A stretch of 64,000 nt of DNA from Bryobacterales bacterium (GCA_963422375.2 OY729428.2:704001-768000); one strand, 5' to 3'. Numbered from the stretch's first letter, positions 23,150 through 34,058 are shown. The notes: generated from the letters alone by a model not told the origin. Made by a program: numbers and translations.

Positions 23150-23527
23150 CTACGCGGCTGCCCCATCCGGCCCGGCGAGCGCTTCCCTAGCCTTCTCCGC
23201 CAGCTGCCCGAAGCCCTCCGGATCGCGCACGGCCATCTCGGCCAGCACCTTGCGGTTCAGGTCGATGCCGGCGTCCTTGACGCCTCGGATGAAGCGGCTG
23301 TAGTTGAGCCCGTGGGACCGCGCCGCAGCGCTGATCCGCGTGATCCACAGCCTGCGGAAGTCGCGCTTCTTGAGCTTGCGCCCAACGTAGGCGAACTGGT
23401 CCGCCCGGTTGACCGCCTCGCGCGCGTAGCGGTAGAGCTTGCTCTTCCCGAGATAGTACCCCTTCGCCTTAGCCAGCACGCGCTTGCGCTTCTGGTGGCG
23501 ATGGTTCCCTCGCTTGACTCTCGACAC
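23150..23527 (-). CDS. rplT: 50S ribosomal protein L20
   Basis: SRVKRG...AKGY...[16 protein letters not shown]...[10 protein letters not shown]. Confidence 0.97.
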   Translation of the reverse strand: MSRVKRGNHRHQKRKRVLAKAKGYYLGKSKLYRYAREAVNRADQFAYVGRKLKKRDFRRLWITRISAAARSHGLNYSRFIRGVKDAGIDLNRKVLAEMAVRDPEGFGQLAEKAREALAGPDGAAA

Positions 23528-23572
23528 GGTTTCCTCCGACGGGACGGCAGGCGCGACTGGGGACGGCCCGCG

Positions 23573-23767
23573 CTAGCAGGCGATCATGCGGCGGACGGCC
23601 TTCTCGAAGGCCGGGCTGACGCGCGCGCCCTTGCGCAGGTGCCGCTTCCGCTTGCGCGACTTCTTGGTCAGGATATGGTTCTTCAGCGCGTGCCGGCGCC
23701 TCGCCTTGCCGGTCCCGGTGAGCCGGAAGCGCTTGGCAGCTCCGCGATGCGATTTCAGTTTGGGCAC
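23573..23767 (-). CDS. rpmI: 50S ribosomal protein L35
   Basis: [21 protein letters not shown]...[15 protein letters not shown]. Confidence 0.97.
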   Translation of the reverse strand: MPKLKSHRGAAKRFRLTGTGKARRRHALKNHILTKKSRKRKRHLRKGARVSPAFEKAVRRMIAC

Positions 23768-23902
23768 GGTGGCTTCTCCGGGGCGGCCCGGACGCGACGG
23801 GCGGCCCGGACGCGGCGCCCGCGCTACAGGCGCGGGGGGATCCTCAATCCATTATGCACCAAGCGCGGAGCGCGAGCGCCGCGCGACCCGATCCGCGACG
23901 GC

Positions 23903-25768
23903 CTACTCCTCCGCGCCGCCCAGCGTCAGGCGGAGCCGGCCCTTGGCTTCCGTGACGGCGTAGGAGAACTCCTCGACGGGCATCGCGCCCGTGCGCAGGG
24001 CCTTGCCGTGGAAGGATGTCAGGCTGAAGTCCTGGGTCGTCTCCTGGTAGTGCGCCCGGAGCTGCTGCCAGCCGAGCCAGCCCAGATAGGTAGACGCCGC
24101 CCGGGTCGGGTTGACCTCGATGGCACGCACGACCGCGCGCGCGGCGCTGCTCTCCATGTAGGCCCGCCGCGTCAGGAATCGCACGGCGTCGGCCGGGCTC
24201 AGGTCGCCGGTATGCATCTGCATGTCCACCAGCGCGGCCCCGATGGTCTGGAGCTTGTACTTGCGCCAGATGAAGTCGACGTCGCCGGTGTAGGAGGTGC
24301 CCACAGTCGTCTCGGTGATGTAGATCGACCAGCCGTCCACGAATCCCGGCAGCGGCTCCACGAGGTGCGTGAGCTTCTTCTGCTCGGACTCCATGTCGGA
24401 CGCGAGCGAGCCGATCAAGGCGTAGCCGGGAATGCCGTAGCGCAGCGCCAGCAGCTTGATCTGGTGGTTGTTGTTGGTCGTGAGGCGGTCCCGCAGCTCC
24501 GCGCGGGAGGCGTCCGCCGGCGCCGGCGTGAGCCAGACGATGGCCGCGTTGTCGGAGGACGCGGCGGTCGGGCCGAGCCCGCCCGCCAGCGGCACCGAGA
24601 TGCGCATGAACTCCGGCGTCTCCACGACCCGCAGCTCCAGCGCGTCCGGAACCGGCGCGATCTCCTCGCGGTTGCAGATCTGGCGCGCCTCCGCGGCGTC
24701 CGTCGTCATCAGGTCCATCATGCCTTGGTTGCTACGGGCCCGCTGCTCGCCCTCCAGCACCTCCAGCACGTCGTTGATCAAGCGGTAGTCGTCCCGGGGC
24801 CGACTGCCGCCGTAGATCCGCCGGTTGATCGGCTCGGCGGCGCTCACGAGGGCGGTGTGGGCCGTCTCGAAGTCCTCCTCCAGCTCCGCCAGCAGGTCTG
24901 GGACGGCGCCCAAGGGGTAGCCGGCGTCCAGTTCCAGCTTGCGTCGCGCAAGGTCCGCCCCGGCGCGCCAGTCATCGGTCGCCGGGAGACTCGCGAGCGC
25001 GTCCCGGTACGCTTCCAAGGCGCCCACCGCCGCCTGCGACGCCCGCTCGAAGTCGGCCTCCATGCTGGGCGGGATGCGCCCGGCGATGTCGTTCCGAATC
25101 AGGGCGATCACGCCCCGCGCCGCTTCCCGGGCGGCCGCGATGCGCACCTCGGACGACGACTGCAGGTTCGACTGGGCGGTCTGGAGGTACGCGGGCGCCT
25201 TCGACAGGCGCTGCACGATAGCCGCGTAGCGGTCGTTGGCCGGCGCGTAGGCCAGCTCCAGCGGCGCGTACAGCAGCTTGCCGAGCTCTTCCACGTACAG
25301 CAGCGGATTGTGCTCGTACGCCTTCCCCTCGGTCAGCCGGAAGAGCATGCGCTCGGCGCGGTTGAGCAGCGTGCCGTGCTCGGTCCACAGCGCCGGCGGC
25401 AGCTTCGAGCTGTCGAAGCCTTCCTCGGATTCGGGGGAGGCCGTGAAGCGCCGCACCAAGTCCTCGTAGACCGCTACCCGCTGCGCCCTGCCCTCGGGGC
25501 TGTGGTCGGGCAGAGCGCTGATCATCGGCTGGCTCGACCCGCCCTCGAGGGCTTCGTCGGAGACGCTGAACACCTGGCCGGTCGTGACGGCCGTGCTTCC
25601 GGCCATCAGGACCCCAAGCGGGTCCAGGGCCGCGCTCTCGTAGATGAACGGCTTCGCCACCTGGTTGTGCTCGTCGGGCGGGTACTTGCCGACGGTGCAG
25701 TGCGAAGTCGCTAGGGCCGCGACCGCGAGGACGGCCGAGACCGTCCGAGTCTTGTACGGGATCTTCAT
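23903..25768 (-). CDS. DUF885-like secreted or lipoprotein
   Basis: Signal peptide ending ATSHC; YGIPGYALI and FVDGWSIYIT resemble degenerate DUF885 motifs; NPTRAASTYLG, FHGKAL. Confidence 0.6.
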   Translation of the reverse strand: MKIPYKTRTVSAVLAVAALATSHCTVGKYPPDEHNQVAKPFIYESAALDPLGVLMAGSTAVTTGQVFSVSDEALEGGSSQPMISALPDHSPEGRAQRVAVYEDLVRRFTASPESEEGFDSSKLPPALWTEHGTLLNRAERMLFRLTEGKAYEHNPLLYVEELGKLLYAPLELAYAPANDRYAAIVQRLSKAPAYLQTAQSNLQSSSEVRIAAAREAARGVIALIRNDIAGRIPPSMEADFERASQAAVGALEAYRDALASLPATDDWRAGADLARRKLELDAGYPLGAVPDLLAELEEDFETAHTALVSAAEPINRRIYGGSRPRDDYRLINDVLEVLEGEQRARSNQGMMDLMTTDAAEARQICNREEIAPVPDALELRVVETPEFMRISVPLAGGLGPTAASSDNAAIVWLTPAPADASRAELRDRLTTNNNHQIKLLALRYGIPGYALIGSLASDMESEQKKLTHLVEPLPGFVDGWSIYITETTVGTSYTGDVDFIWRKYKLQTIGAALVDMQMHTGDLSPADAVRFLTRRAYMESSAARAVVRAIEVNPTRAASTYLGWLGWQQLRAHYQETTQDFSLTSFHGKALRTGAMPVEEFSYAVTEAKGRLRLTLGGAEE

Positions 25769-25876
25769 GTCGAACCTTCCACCGTGGCCGGACCGTCGCG
25801 GGCTAGCCGGTCGCATCCGGTATCAATCCTATCCGAGCCGTTCGCACCTAGCCTGTCCTCACGCCCAGCTATGCAT

Positions 25877-26323
25877 CTAGTCCGTGCCCGCGGAATCGAT
25901 GAGCGCCCAGATGTCAGTATGCGTGAGCGTTCTCGACGCCGCCGTCTCCTCCGAGATGCTCGTATCGTAGTCCGCGCCGTGAACTTCCTGGAATAGCCCG
26001 GGGTAATGAAGCTCGTCCATCGCCTGCAAGGAGGGGAACTCGGTGACAGTTACGTACTGGTAGTCGCTCTCGCCGCCGGGGAAGTGGTGGCCGTAGAGCC
26101 GCCACGACGTGATGTACCCCTTGTTGACCCGGGCCTGATGCACGGGCTTCCAGAGCTCCGTCTCCAGCTTGCGGTACCGAAGGGTCTGGCCGTCCGGGAT
26201 CTTCATGTAGTCGATCCGCAGGAAGTGCCGGCCGGCTGACTGCGTCTCGGCGGACGGCACCAAGGTCCCCGCAAGAAACGCCAGCGAAAGGGCAATAAAT
26301 AAGCCGAACGCTCGCAAAATCAT
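25877..26323 (-). CDS. Secreted hypothetical protein (possible dimeric alpha-beta barrel)
   Basis: Signal peptide, GGAGG SD, IDYMKIP...WKPVHQAR...YQYVTVTEF. Confidence 0.6.
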   Translation of the reverse strand: MILRAFGLFIALSLAFLAGTLVPSAETQSAGRHFLRIDYMKIPDGQTLRYRKLETELWKPVHQARVNKGYITSWRLYGHHFPGGESDYQYVTVTEFPSLQAMDELHYPGLFQEVHGADYDTSISEETAASRTLTHTDIWALIDSAGTD

Positions 26324-26504
26324 GAAACAACCTCCATCCAGAGAATATAGCCCAAGAGCAGGCCTGCGACCAAGTGCCGGCTAGGGGCGGGGCCGGCGAG
26401 AGCCTGCCGCGCTGCCGCCGCCCCTGCGGGCCGGTTGCGAGATAATCCTTGCGACGCTCGGGCCAGCCGGCGGCCAGACCGCACGGCGGCGGGAAGCGCG
26501 CCAC

Positions 26505-29500
26505 ATGCCGATCAACCCGATTTCGCTGGACGACAAGTACGCTCTCGAGGGCGGGCTCGCCTACATGTCGGGCATCCAGGCCTTGGTGCGGCTGCCGATC
26601 GAGCAGATGCGCCGCGATCGCCGCCTCGGCCTGCGGACGGGCTGCATGATTTCGGGCTACGAGGGCTCGCCGCTGGGCGGCTACGACCTCGCGCTGGCCC
26701 GCGCGGCGGGCTTCCTGGACCGGCACGGAATCCGCTTCTTGCCGGGCGTCAACGAGGAGCTGGCCCTCACCACCGTGATGGGCAGCCAGCTGTTCCAGAG
26801 CTTCCCGCAGCCCCTCTACGACGGCGCCGTCGGCATCTGGTACGGCAAGGGGCCCGGGCTCGACCGCAGCGGCGACGCGCTGCGACACGCGAACTTCGCC
26901 GGCACGGGGGAGAACTGCGGGGCCCTCGCCCTGGCAGGCGACGACCACGTCTCCAAGAGCTCCTCGATCCCGCACCAGAGCGAGCTCTCGCTGTACAACT
27001 GCGCCGTCCCCGTGCTGAATCCGTCCAGCACCCAAGAGGTGCTGGATTACGGGCTGTACGGCATCGCGCTGTCGCGTTTCGGCGGCTCTTGGTGCGGCCT
27101 GAAGCTGTCCACGGACATCTGCGACGGCGGGGCGATCGTGGAATTCGGCCCCGAGCGCTGCCCGGTCGCGCTGCCCGAACTGCTGGTCGACGGGGAACCG
27201 TACCGCAAGGCCCTCGGCACCATGCTCGTGGTGCCCTACAGCCTGAACCTCGAGACGGAGGTCCACGAGCACCGTCTGACGGCGGCGCGGGCGTTCGCGC
27301 GGGCGAACGGGCTCAACCGCATCACCGCGCGTCACGAGGGCGACACCCTCGGCATCGTCACGACCGGCAAGAGCCACGCCGACCTGATGTCGGCCCTGCG
27401 CCTGCTGCGCGTCGGCAGCGACGAGCTCCGCGCCGCCGGCGCGCGGATCCTCAAGCTCGGCATGGCGTTCCCCTTGGAGCCGGCCATCGTCGACGACTTC
27501 GCCAGCGGCCTCGAGACGATCCTCGTCGTGGAGGAGAAGCGCTCGTTCGTCGAACTGCAGCTGCGCGAGATGCTGTTCAACCGCCCGCGGCACCCCGCCG
27601 TCCACGGCAAGAAGGACGCCGCGGGCGAGACGCTGCTGCCCTCGACGGGCGAGCTCGACGCCGGCATGATCGCCCTGGCGCTGGGCCGGTTCCTCGGACC
27701 CGCCGCGGAGCTGCCCGCGGCCGGCGGCTCGCAGGCCGACACGCCGGACCCGGCCGGGCCGAAGTTCGGGCGCGGGGCGCGCACTCCGAGCTACTGCTCG
27801 GGCTGCCCCCACAATCGCTCGACGCTCCTGCTGGAAGGCCAGCTGGCGGGGGGCGGGATCGGATGCCACGGCATGGCAGGGCTCATGCGCGACGTGGGCC
27901 GCGGCATCGAGTTCCTCTTTCACATGGGCTCGGAGGGCGCCTCGTGGATCGGCGCGGCGCCGTTCAGCGGCACGAAGCACCTCTTCCAGAATCTCGGGGA
28001 CGGCACGTACTTCCATTCCGGCCGCCTCGCCGTGCAGGCCGCCGTCGCGGCGGGCGTCGACATCACGTTCAAGATCCTATACAACGACGCCGTGGCGATG
28101 ACGGGAGGGCAGGCCGCGGCCGGCGGGCTGCCCGTGCCCGCCCTCACTCGCGAGCTGGAAGCGCAAGGCATTCGCAAGATCGTCGTGCTGAGCGACGAAC
28201 CTTCCAAGTTCGCCGGCGCGACCGCGCTGGCGCCGGCCGCCCGGCTGCGGCCGCGCGAGGACCTGGAAGCGGCGCTGGAGGAACTGGGCCGCGCCAAGGG
28301 CGTGTCGGTCATGATCTACGACCAGCTGTGCGCCGCCGAGAAGCGGCGGCGACGCAACCGCGGCATCCTGCCCCAGCCCACGCGACGGATTCTGATCAAC
28401 CAGCGCGCCTGCGAGGGGTGCGGGGATTGCGTGGCGCAGGCGAACTGCGTCTCGCTGATCCCGGTGGACACGGAATACGGCCCGAAGACCCGCGTGCATC
28501 AGTCGTCCTGCAACGCCGACTACACCTGCTCGTGGGGGGACTGCCCTTCCTTCGTGTCGGTCGAGATCGAGCCGGGATCCGGCCTGCGGCGCAAGCCGCT
28601 GCCGAGCCTCCCCGAGCCGACCCTGCCCGAGCCGGCGGCCAAGCCCGAGCCGGGCGACGGGTACCACGTCCTGATGCCCGGGATCGGCGGGACAGGAGTC
28701 GTGACGATCAACGCCATCCTGGCGACGGCGGCGCGCATGGACGGGCTCCACGCTATCACCTTGGACCAAACCGGCGTGGCGCAGAAGGGCGGCGCGGTCG
28801 TCGCCCACCTCACCGTCAGCGCCGGCCGGATCGAGGCGTCCCAGCGCATTCCGCCCGGGTGCGCGGACCTGCTGCTGGGCTTCGACCTAGTCGGAGCGGC
28901 CTTTCCGAAGAACCTGGAGTGCTGCGACCCGCGGCGGACGGCCGCCGTGGTCAACTCCAAGGAGATCCTCACCGGCGAGGCGATTCGCAAGGGGCTGACC
29001 GTGCTCTCGCCGGACGGCGCCTACCTCGACGCGGTTCGCAACGGCACCCGGCGCGAGGACTGCGAATTCGTCAACGCTTCCCTCCTGGCGGAGACGCTGT
29101 TCGGCGGCCACGTGTTCAGCAACATGTTCCTTGTTGGCGTGGCCTACCAGAGAGGCCGGCTGCCCCTTTCAGCGGATGCGATCAAGGAGGCGATCCGCCT
29201 GAACGGCGTGGCGGTGAAACGGAACTTGGAGGTCTTCGCTTGGGGGCGCCAGTACGCCCGGGAACCGGCCGTGCTGCGCCCGTACCTGCCGGCGGCGCCC
29301 GCTTCGGTCGTGCCGCAGTCCCTGGCGGCTCTGGTGGAGGACCGCGAGCGTGAGCTCGCTGCGTACCAAGACGGCTCGTACGCTGCGGAATACCGGCGCC
29401 TGGTGGACCGGGCGCGCGCGGCGGAGGACCGTGTGCGGCCCGGCAGCGACAAGCTGGCGCGGGCGGTGGCTTGGAACCTCCACAAGCTGATGGCGTACAA

Positions 29501-29951
29501 GGACGAGTACGAAGTGGCGCGCCTGCTCGTAGCCCCCGACTTCGACGCGGAGGTCGCGGCCACGTTCGAGAAGCCGCGCAGGATCGCCTACCACCTGCAC
29601 CCGCCCCTGCTACGCCAGCTGGGATTCCGCAACAAGATGACCCTCGGGCCGTGGATTCGCCCGTTCCTGCGGCTTCTGGCGCGGGGCAAGGTCCTGCGCG
29701 GCACGGCCCTCGATCCGTTCGGCTGGCTGGCCTCCCGGCGGGAGGAGCGCGAGCTGCTGCGCTGGTACCGCGGTGTCGTGGAGAGCCTGCTGGAACGCCT
29801 CGACGCCCGAACGCTGGACCTGGCGGCTGAAATCGCCGGGGCGCCCCGCGACATCCGCGGATACGAAGGCGTGAAGCGCCGCTCGGCGGAGCGCGCCCGG
29901 GAGTGGGTCAGCGAGCGCCTGCGGGCAGAGCGGGCTGACGAAGCGGCCTGA
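26505..29951 (+). CDS. Indolepyruvate:ferredoxin oxidoreductase family, fused alpha-beta
   Basis: SGYEGSPLGG, YCSGCPHN, GDGTYFHSG (TPP), CEGCGDC Fe-S, GIGGTGVVT, KLMAYKDEYEVARL. Confidence 0.93.
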   Translation: MPINPISLDDKYALEGGLAYMSGIQALVRLPIEQMRRDRRLGLRTGCMISGYEGSPLGGYDLALARAAGFLDRHGIRFLPGVNEELALTTVMGSQLFQSFPQPLYDGAVGIWYGKGPGLDRSGDALRHANFAGTGENCGALALAGDDHVSKSSSIPHQSELSLYNCAVPVLNPSSTQEVLDYGLYGIALSRFGGSWCGLKLSTDICDGGAIVEFGPERCPVALPELLVDGEPYRKALGTMLVVPYSLNLETEVHEHRLTAARAFARANGLNRITARHEGDTLGIVTTGKSHADLMSALRLLRVGSDELRAAGARILKLGMAFPLEPAIVDDFASGLETILVVEEKRSFVELQLREMLFNRPRHPAVHGKKDAAGETLLPSTGELDAGMIALALGRFLGPAAELPAAGGSQADTPDPAGPKFGRGARTPSYCSGCPHNRSTLLLEGQLAGGGIGCHGMAGLMRDVGRGIEFLFHMGSEGASWIGAAPFSGTKHLFQNLGDGTYFHSGRLAVQAAVAAGVDITFKILYNDAVAMTGGQAAAGGLPVPALTRELEAQGIRKIVVLSDEPSKFAGATALAPAARLRPREDLEAALEELGRAKGVSVMIYDQLCAAEKRRRRNRGILPQPTRRILINQRACEGCGDCVAQANCVSLIPVDTEYGPKTRVHQSSCNADYTCSWGDCPSFVSVEIEPGSGLRRKPLPSLPEPTLPEPAAKPEPGDGYHVLMPGIGGTGVVTINAILATAARMDGLHAITLDQTGVAQKGGAVVAHLTVSAGRIEASQRIPPGCADLLLGFDLVGAAFPKNLECCDPRRTAAVVNSKEILTGEAIRKGLTVLSPDGAYLDAVRNGTRREDCEFVNASLLAETLFGGHVFSNMFLVGVAYQRGRLPLSADAIKEAIRLNGVAVKRNLEVFAWGRQYAREPAVLRPYLPAAPASVVPQSLAALVEDRERELAAYQDGSYAAEYRRLVDRARAAEDRVRPGSDKLARAVAWNLHKLMAYKDEYEVARLLVAPDFDAEVAATFEKPRRIAYHLHPPLLRQLGFRNKMTLGPWIRPFLRLLARGKVLRGTALDPFGWLASRREERELLRWYRGVVESLLERLDARTLDLAAEIAGAPRDIRGYEGVKRRSAERAREWVSERLRAERADEAA

Positions 29952-29966
29952 AGAACAGGGCCGGGG

Positions 29967-30406
29967 CTACGCGGTCGCGGCCACCGCCGCTCCGCAGTGC
30001 ACCGCGTAGGCCTCTTGCAGCGAGCGGGCGATGTCGGCGGCGTCGCGGCCTCGATCTGGTAGCGGTGCATCATGTAGACGGGCTCGCCGTCGCGGAAAAG
30101 CGCGAAGGAGGGCGACGACGGCGGGTACATCGAGAGCTTCTGCCGCAGGTGGGCGGTCGCTTCGAGGTCGGCCCCGGCAAAGACCGTCGCGATACCGTCC
30201 GGGCGGATCTCGCCGCGCAGGGACTGGACCAGGCCGGGCCGCGCGCAGCCGGCCGCGCAGCCGCAGACGGAATTGACAACCATCAGCACGCTCCCGCTGC
30301 CGGGCGCGAGCACGCGCTCCACGTCGTCCGGGGTGCGCGCCTCCTCGACGCCGTGCTTGGTAAGTTCCTGGCGCATCGGATAGATGAGCGGTTCGGGGTA
30401 GCGCAT
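29967..30406 (-). CDS. BrxA/BrxB family bacilliredoxin (1-nt frameshift near 30049)
   Basis: PMRQELT, VNSVCGCAAGCARP, TVFAGAD, PPSSPSFALFRDG, HRYQIE; adding one G gives GRDAADIARSLQEAYAVHC..., stop at 29969-29967. Confidence 0.88.
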
Positions 30407-31093
30407 GCCTGAGACAGCCTCCAAGCCCCTACTCTAGCACCCCCTCGGGACCGCGGATTCCCAGCCGGCACGTCCGGCATCCGCTCCGCCTAGGGACGGC
30501 TTGCACGACGTTGCTACCTCGGCAGGCCGCGCTGGCCCGAGCCAGCAGGAGGGCGGTCGCCGCAGCATGCGGCTGACTGCTACGACACCTCGGGTCACCA
30601 GTCGAATCGGCCGCGATGCCGCAGTTTGGCGGACTCCGCCCCGGAGCGTTGCAAAGGCGCCGTTGGCAGTTCCATAGGTGCCCGGGCAGGTGGTCGATTC
30701 GATGAACCGCGCGCCTAAATCAGGGCGAGAAGCGTTCCGAGTTCGGAGAGAATCTTCGTCGCCACCACCCGATGCCCGTACATCGCAAGCAGGACGACAG
30801 CGGCGACTCCCGAGAGCGCGACCCCGCTGGCTAGCAAGCCGGCCAAGCGCCTCGCATCGATTTCCCCCTCGTTTCGATGACCCCACGACCGCCTGCCGCC
30901 TCAGGTTGAAAATCACAGCGCACTGCGTTGCGGTCGTCCGTGACCAGCGCGATGCTTGCCGTGTCCCGAGAGCCTGGCTGGCGCTGCGTCCTGCATTGCG
31001 GTTCGGGGGGTGCTGACACCGGACCCGCACACCGCCGAGAGACCACGGTCGTCGGAAGACGGCGGGCGTCGCAATCGCCGGACATCCCCTCGC

Positions 31094-32965
31094 CTACTCG
31101 CTGCCTGCCCCGAAGGCCAGGAACGCATTGCCCGGAATGGATCCGAACTGCCCGTAGCCCGAGTTCACGTACACCATGCCGTCGACGACCACCGGCCCGG
31201 GACCGTTCAGGGATCCGCCCCTGGCGGGGACGCCGTTCACCGTGTCCGGGTACTCGCGAACAGTGTCATGGCTCCACAGGACCTCCCCGTCCTCCGCCGA
31301 ATAGGCGCGAATGAAGCCGTCCAGCGATCCGGAAAACACGACTCCGGGCACGGCGGTTACTGCGGCCGACTGGGCCGGCGAGCACCCCGTGCGATCCGTC
31401 GGACAGGGGATGCCGGGCGTGTCCCACAGCACCTTGCCGTCCGCGAGGCGGATCGCCGCGAGCCCTCCCCCGGAGTCCGGCTTCGGACCGCGCACGACGC
31501 TGCCGTCAGGCAGCGTGCGGGCTCCGAACGAGAGGTCGGACACGGCCACGTAGGCGTTGCGCGAGTCGGCGGCCGGCCCGAACTGGATGCCTCCCAGCTT
31601 GCCTCCGGCGCCGACGCGAGTCTGCCACATCAGCGCGCCGGCGCGGTCCGGGTCGACCGCGTGGACGATTCCGGACTTCTGCCCGGCGACGAGGACCCTC
31701 TGCCCGTCCGCGAGCCGAACCAGCATCGGCGAAGCCCCGAGGTCGAGATCGGGGCCGTTCGCCTGGGGACAGTTCGCGTCCCTCGCTGGCGAGTCGCACG
31801 CCATGTTATAGGCGTCTCCCGCTGTGAACTGGCGGCTCCAGAGGCGCTCGCCCGTATCGAGATCGAAGGCCACGATGGCGTCGCTGTCGTCGGTCGGGGG
31901 ATCGGAATAGTTGTCACCCGTCCCCACGTAGACGCGGCGCAGCTCGGCGTCGATCGTCGGGGCCGACCAGATGGCGGCGCCCGACGGGCCGTGCTGCATG
32001 ACACCGCGGCTGTTGGGCCTGCGCGGTTCGGGCTCCTCCGGGATGGTGAAGGTCTTCCAAACGCGCTCGCCGTTCGACGCGTCGATGGCGGCAACGCTGC
32101 CTCGGAACGTGCAGCAGGGATACCTCGGCGAGGCGCCCGTGAACTCCTCGATCGAGCTGATCCCGATGTATAGCCGCCTATCGAAGAGCACGGGCGTGCC
32201 CGTGAGCGTCGCGGCCCTGTGAGCGTCCACTTTGGTTCGCCACAGCCCCCGACCGGTCACCGCGTCGACCGCGTAGAGGTTGGCCTTGAAGTCCCCGAAG
32301 TACAGCGCCGCCCGCCCTCCGGGCCCGTCGGCGGACAGCGTGATCCCCGTGCGCACTTCGGACCCGGCCTTGAACTCCCACACCTGGCAGCCCGACCTCG
32401 CGTCCAAGGCGAACACCCGACCGGTCCTGGAGCCTAGGAACACCCGCCCGCCGGCTACGGCGGGCTGGGCCCTGGCGCGGTCCGAGTCGGCCAGTCCGAA
32501 GGCCCAGCGCAGGCGCAGGCCGGGCACCGATTGCGGATCCAAGCGCGCGTGCTCGGCCGGCTGGAACCGCGAGTTGGCAGCCTCGACGCCCCAGCCGATC
32601 CAACGGGGCCCGGCGAATGGGTCGGACCAGGGAGCATCGGGGCAACTCGCCCTCGCCCGCCCCGCCGACACTCTGGAGACGCGACCGAGGAAGGAAGCAA
32701 CCGCCTCCGCATGCCCGGCGGGCAGCGCCTCTCCGACCTCCGCCATCGAACCGCTCCGCAGCGACTCGAGGATCGCCTCGGGCGCGAGACGGCGCAGCGC
32801 GACAAGCGGGGGCGCGCGATTCACCCCGGCCTCGTGGCAGGCGGCGCACGACTCGCGGTAGACCACCCGGCCGTCCGGGGCCGCCGCGTCGGCGACCGCG
32901 GCGAGGACGAAGACGGCGGCCGCCAAGCCCGCGCGCGACCCGGCGGTTCTCCCGGCGGCGGACAT
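31094..32965 (-). CDS. Cytochrome c-fused PQQ-dependent dehydrogenase (polyvinyl-alcohol dehydrogenase-like)
   Basis: Signal peptide, CAACH heme motif, beta-propeller repeats, YPCCTFRG, GPSGAAIWSAPT, GQKSG, VNSGYG. Confidence 0.88.
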   Translation of the reverse strand: MSAAGRTAGSRAGLAAAVFVLAAVADAAAPDGRVVYRESCAACHEAGVNRAPPLVALRRLAPEAILESLRSGSMAEVGEALPAGHAEAVASFLGRVSRVSAGRARASCPDAPWSDPFAGPRWIGWGVEAANSRFQPAEHARLDPQSVPGLRLRWAFGLADSDRARAQPAVAGGRVFLGSRTGRVFALDARSGCQVWEFKAGSEVRTGITLSADGPGGRAALYFGDFKANLYAVDAVTGRGLWRTKVDAHRAATLTGTPVLFDRRLYIGISSIEEFTGASPRYPCCTFRGSVAAIDASNGERVWKTFTIPEEPEPRRPNSRGVMQHGPSGAAIWSAPTIDAELRRVYVGTGDNYSDPPTDDSDAIVAFDLDTGERLWSRQFTAGDAYNMACDSPARDANCPQANGPDLDLGASPMLVRLADGQRVLVAGQKSGIVHAVDPDRAGALMWQTRVGAGGKLGGIQFGPAADSRNAYVAVSDLSFGARTLPDGSVVRGPKPDSGGGLAAIRLADGKVLWDTPGIPCPTDRTGCSPAQSAAVTAVPGVVFSGSLDGFIRAYSAEDGEVLWSHDTVREYPDTVNGVPARGGSLNGPGPVVVDGMVYVNSGYGQFGSIPGNAFLAFGAGSE

Positions 32966-33142
32966 CGGAATCCCTCGCTTCAACTCGCAGGCCAACTGGC
33001 TGTTCCAGGCCGCGGGTGCGTCCCGCATTGTAAAGGCAACGCCGCGCCCTGCTGCCGGCTGACCGTTCGGGGTTCCCGCTCCGGGCCCGCGGAGATTCCG
33101 CCAGGCGGGGCCCGACCCGCGGTGCTCGGCTATGCTCGCTGC

Positions 33143-33806
33143 GTGGGTAGGGAACTGGCAAGGCGCGTAGCGCGGGCTGCCGACGCGCGCGGGGAGCCCT
33201 TGGAGTGGTTCGAGGATCTCTACAGCAAGGCCCGCGTCGCGGGGACCGGCATCATCCTCTGGGGCGACCGCAGGCCGAATCCGAACCTGGTCCGGTGGCT
33301 CGACCGGGAGCGGGTCGACGGCCGCGGCCGGCGGGCGCTCGTGGTCGGCTGCGGTCTCGGCGACGACGCTCGGGAGCTGCTCCGGAGGGGCTTCGCGGTC
33401 ACGGCGTTCGGCCTCTCGCCCTCGGCGATCGCCACGGCGAGAGAGATTCGCCCGGAGCGCCGTCGAGTTCGTCGAGGCCGACCTGTTCCGCCCGCCGAGC
33501 GTGTGGAGTCGCGGGTTCGACTTCGTCTTCGAGGCGTACACCCTGCAGGTCCTGCCTGCATCGCTGCGGCCTCGCGCGATCCGGGGCGCGACGTCGTTCG
33601 TCGCTCCCGGCGGGACGCTGCTGGTCGTGGCGCGGGCCCGGGACGACGGGGACGGTCCGGGCGAAATGCCCTGGCCGTTGAGCCGGGCGGAGCTCGCGCT
33701 GGCCGAGGACGAGGGTCTCGAGCTGGTCTCGCTCGAGGACTACGTCGACGGCGAGGAGCCTGCGGCTCGAAGGTTCCGGGCGGCCTTCCGCCTCGGCGGG
33801 CCGTAG
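33143..33806 (+). pseudogene. Class I SAM methyltransferase (TPMT-like), frameshift near 33440
   Basis: WFEDLY...ALVVGCGLGDDA in one frame; VEFVEADLF...FDFVFEAYTLQVLP...PWPLSR in another; break lies in a GAGAGAG run. Confidence 0.78.
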
Positions 33807-33911
33807 GGCCCGGCGCGCGCGTCCGGCAGCGGTCGGGCGCGGCATGCTAGGATTCAGTAAAGGCCTTCCGGACGCTCGGCCCGGGGAGTTTGCGAGCTTG
33901 GGGGGCGACGG

Positions 33912-34058
33912 ATGCCGAAGAGAACATACCAGCCGAATCGACGCAAGAGAGCCAAGAAGCACGGCTTTCGCGTCCGGATGAGGACGCCCGGAGGGAGACG
34001 TGTGCTCGCAGCCCGTCGCGCCAAGGGGCGGAAGCGGCTCACCGTCAGCGACGAGTAG
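33912..34058 (+). CDS. rpmH: 50S ribosomal protein L34
   Basis: Not in ORF track (48 aa): [48 protein letters not shown]. Confidence 0.97.
   Translation: MPKRTYQPNRRKRAKKHGFRVRMRTPGGRRVLAARRAKGRKRLTVSDE

Noticed and set aside
20299..28016. Very long alternative ORFs (20299-23190, 23087-25714, 25914-28016 and similar throughout)
   Set aside because: Antisense or shifted-frame shadows of real genes, expected in high-GC DNA; Arg/Pro/Ala-rich with no motifs.
30430..31090. ORFs in the long intergenic gaps (also 6720-7490, 13100-13760, 52100-52850, 54320-54650)
   Set aside because: No recognisable motifs or convincing starts; no tRNA or rRNA pattern seen; left unannotated.
33806..33911. oriC next to rpmH
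   Set aside because: Short, GC-rich, no DnaA boxes or AT-rich unwinding element.
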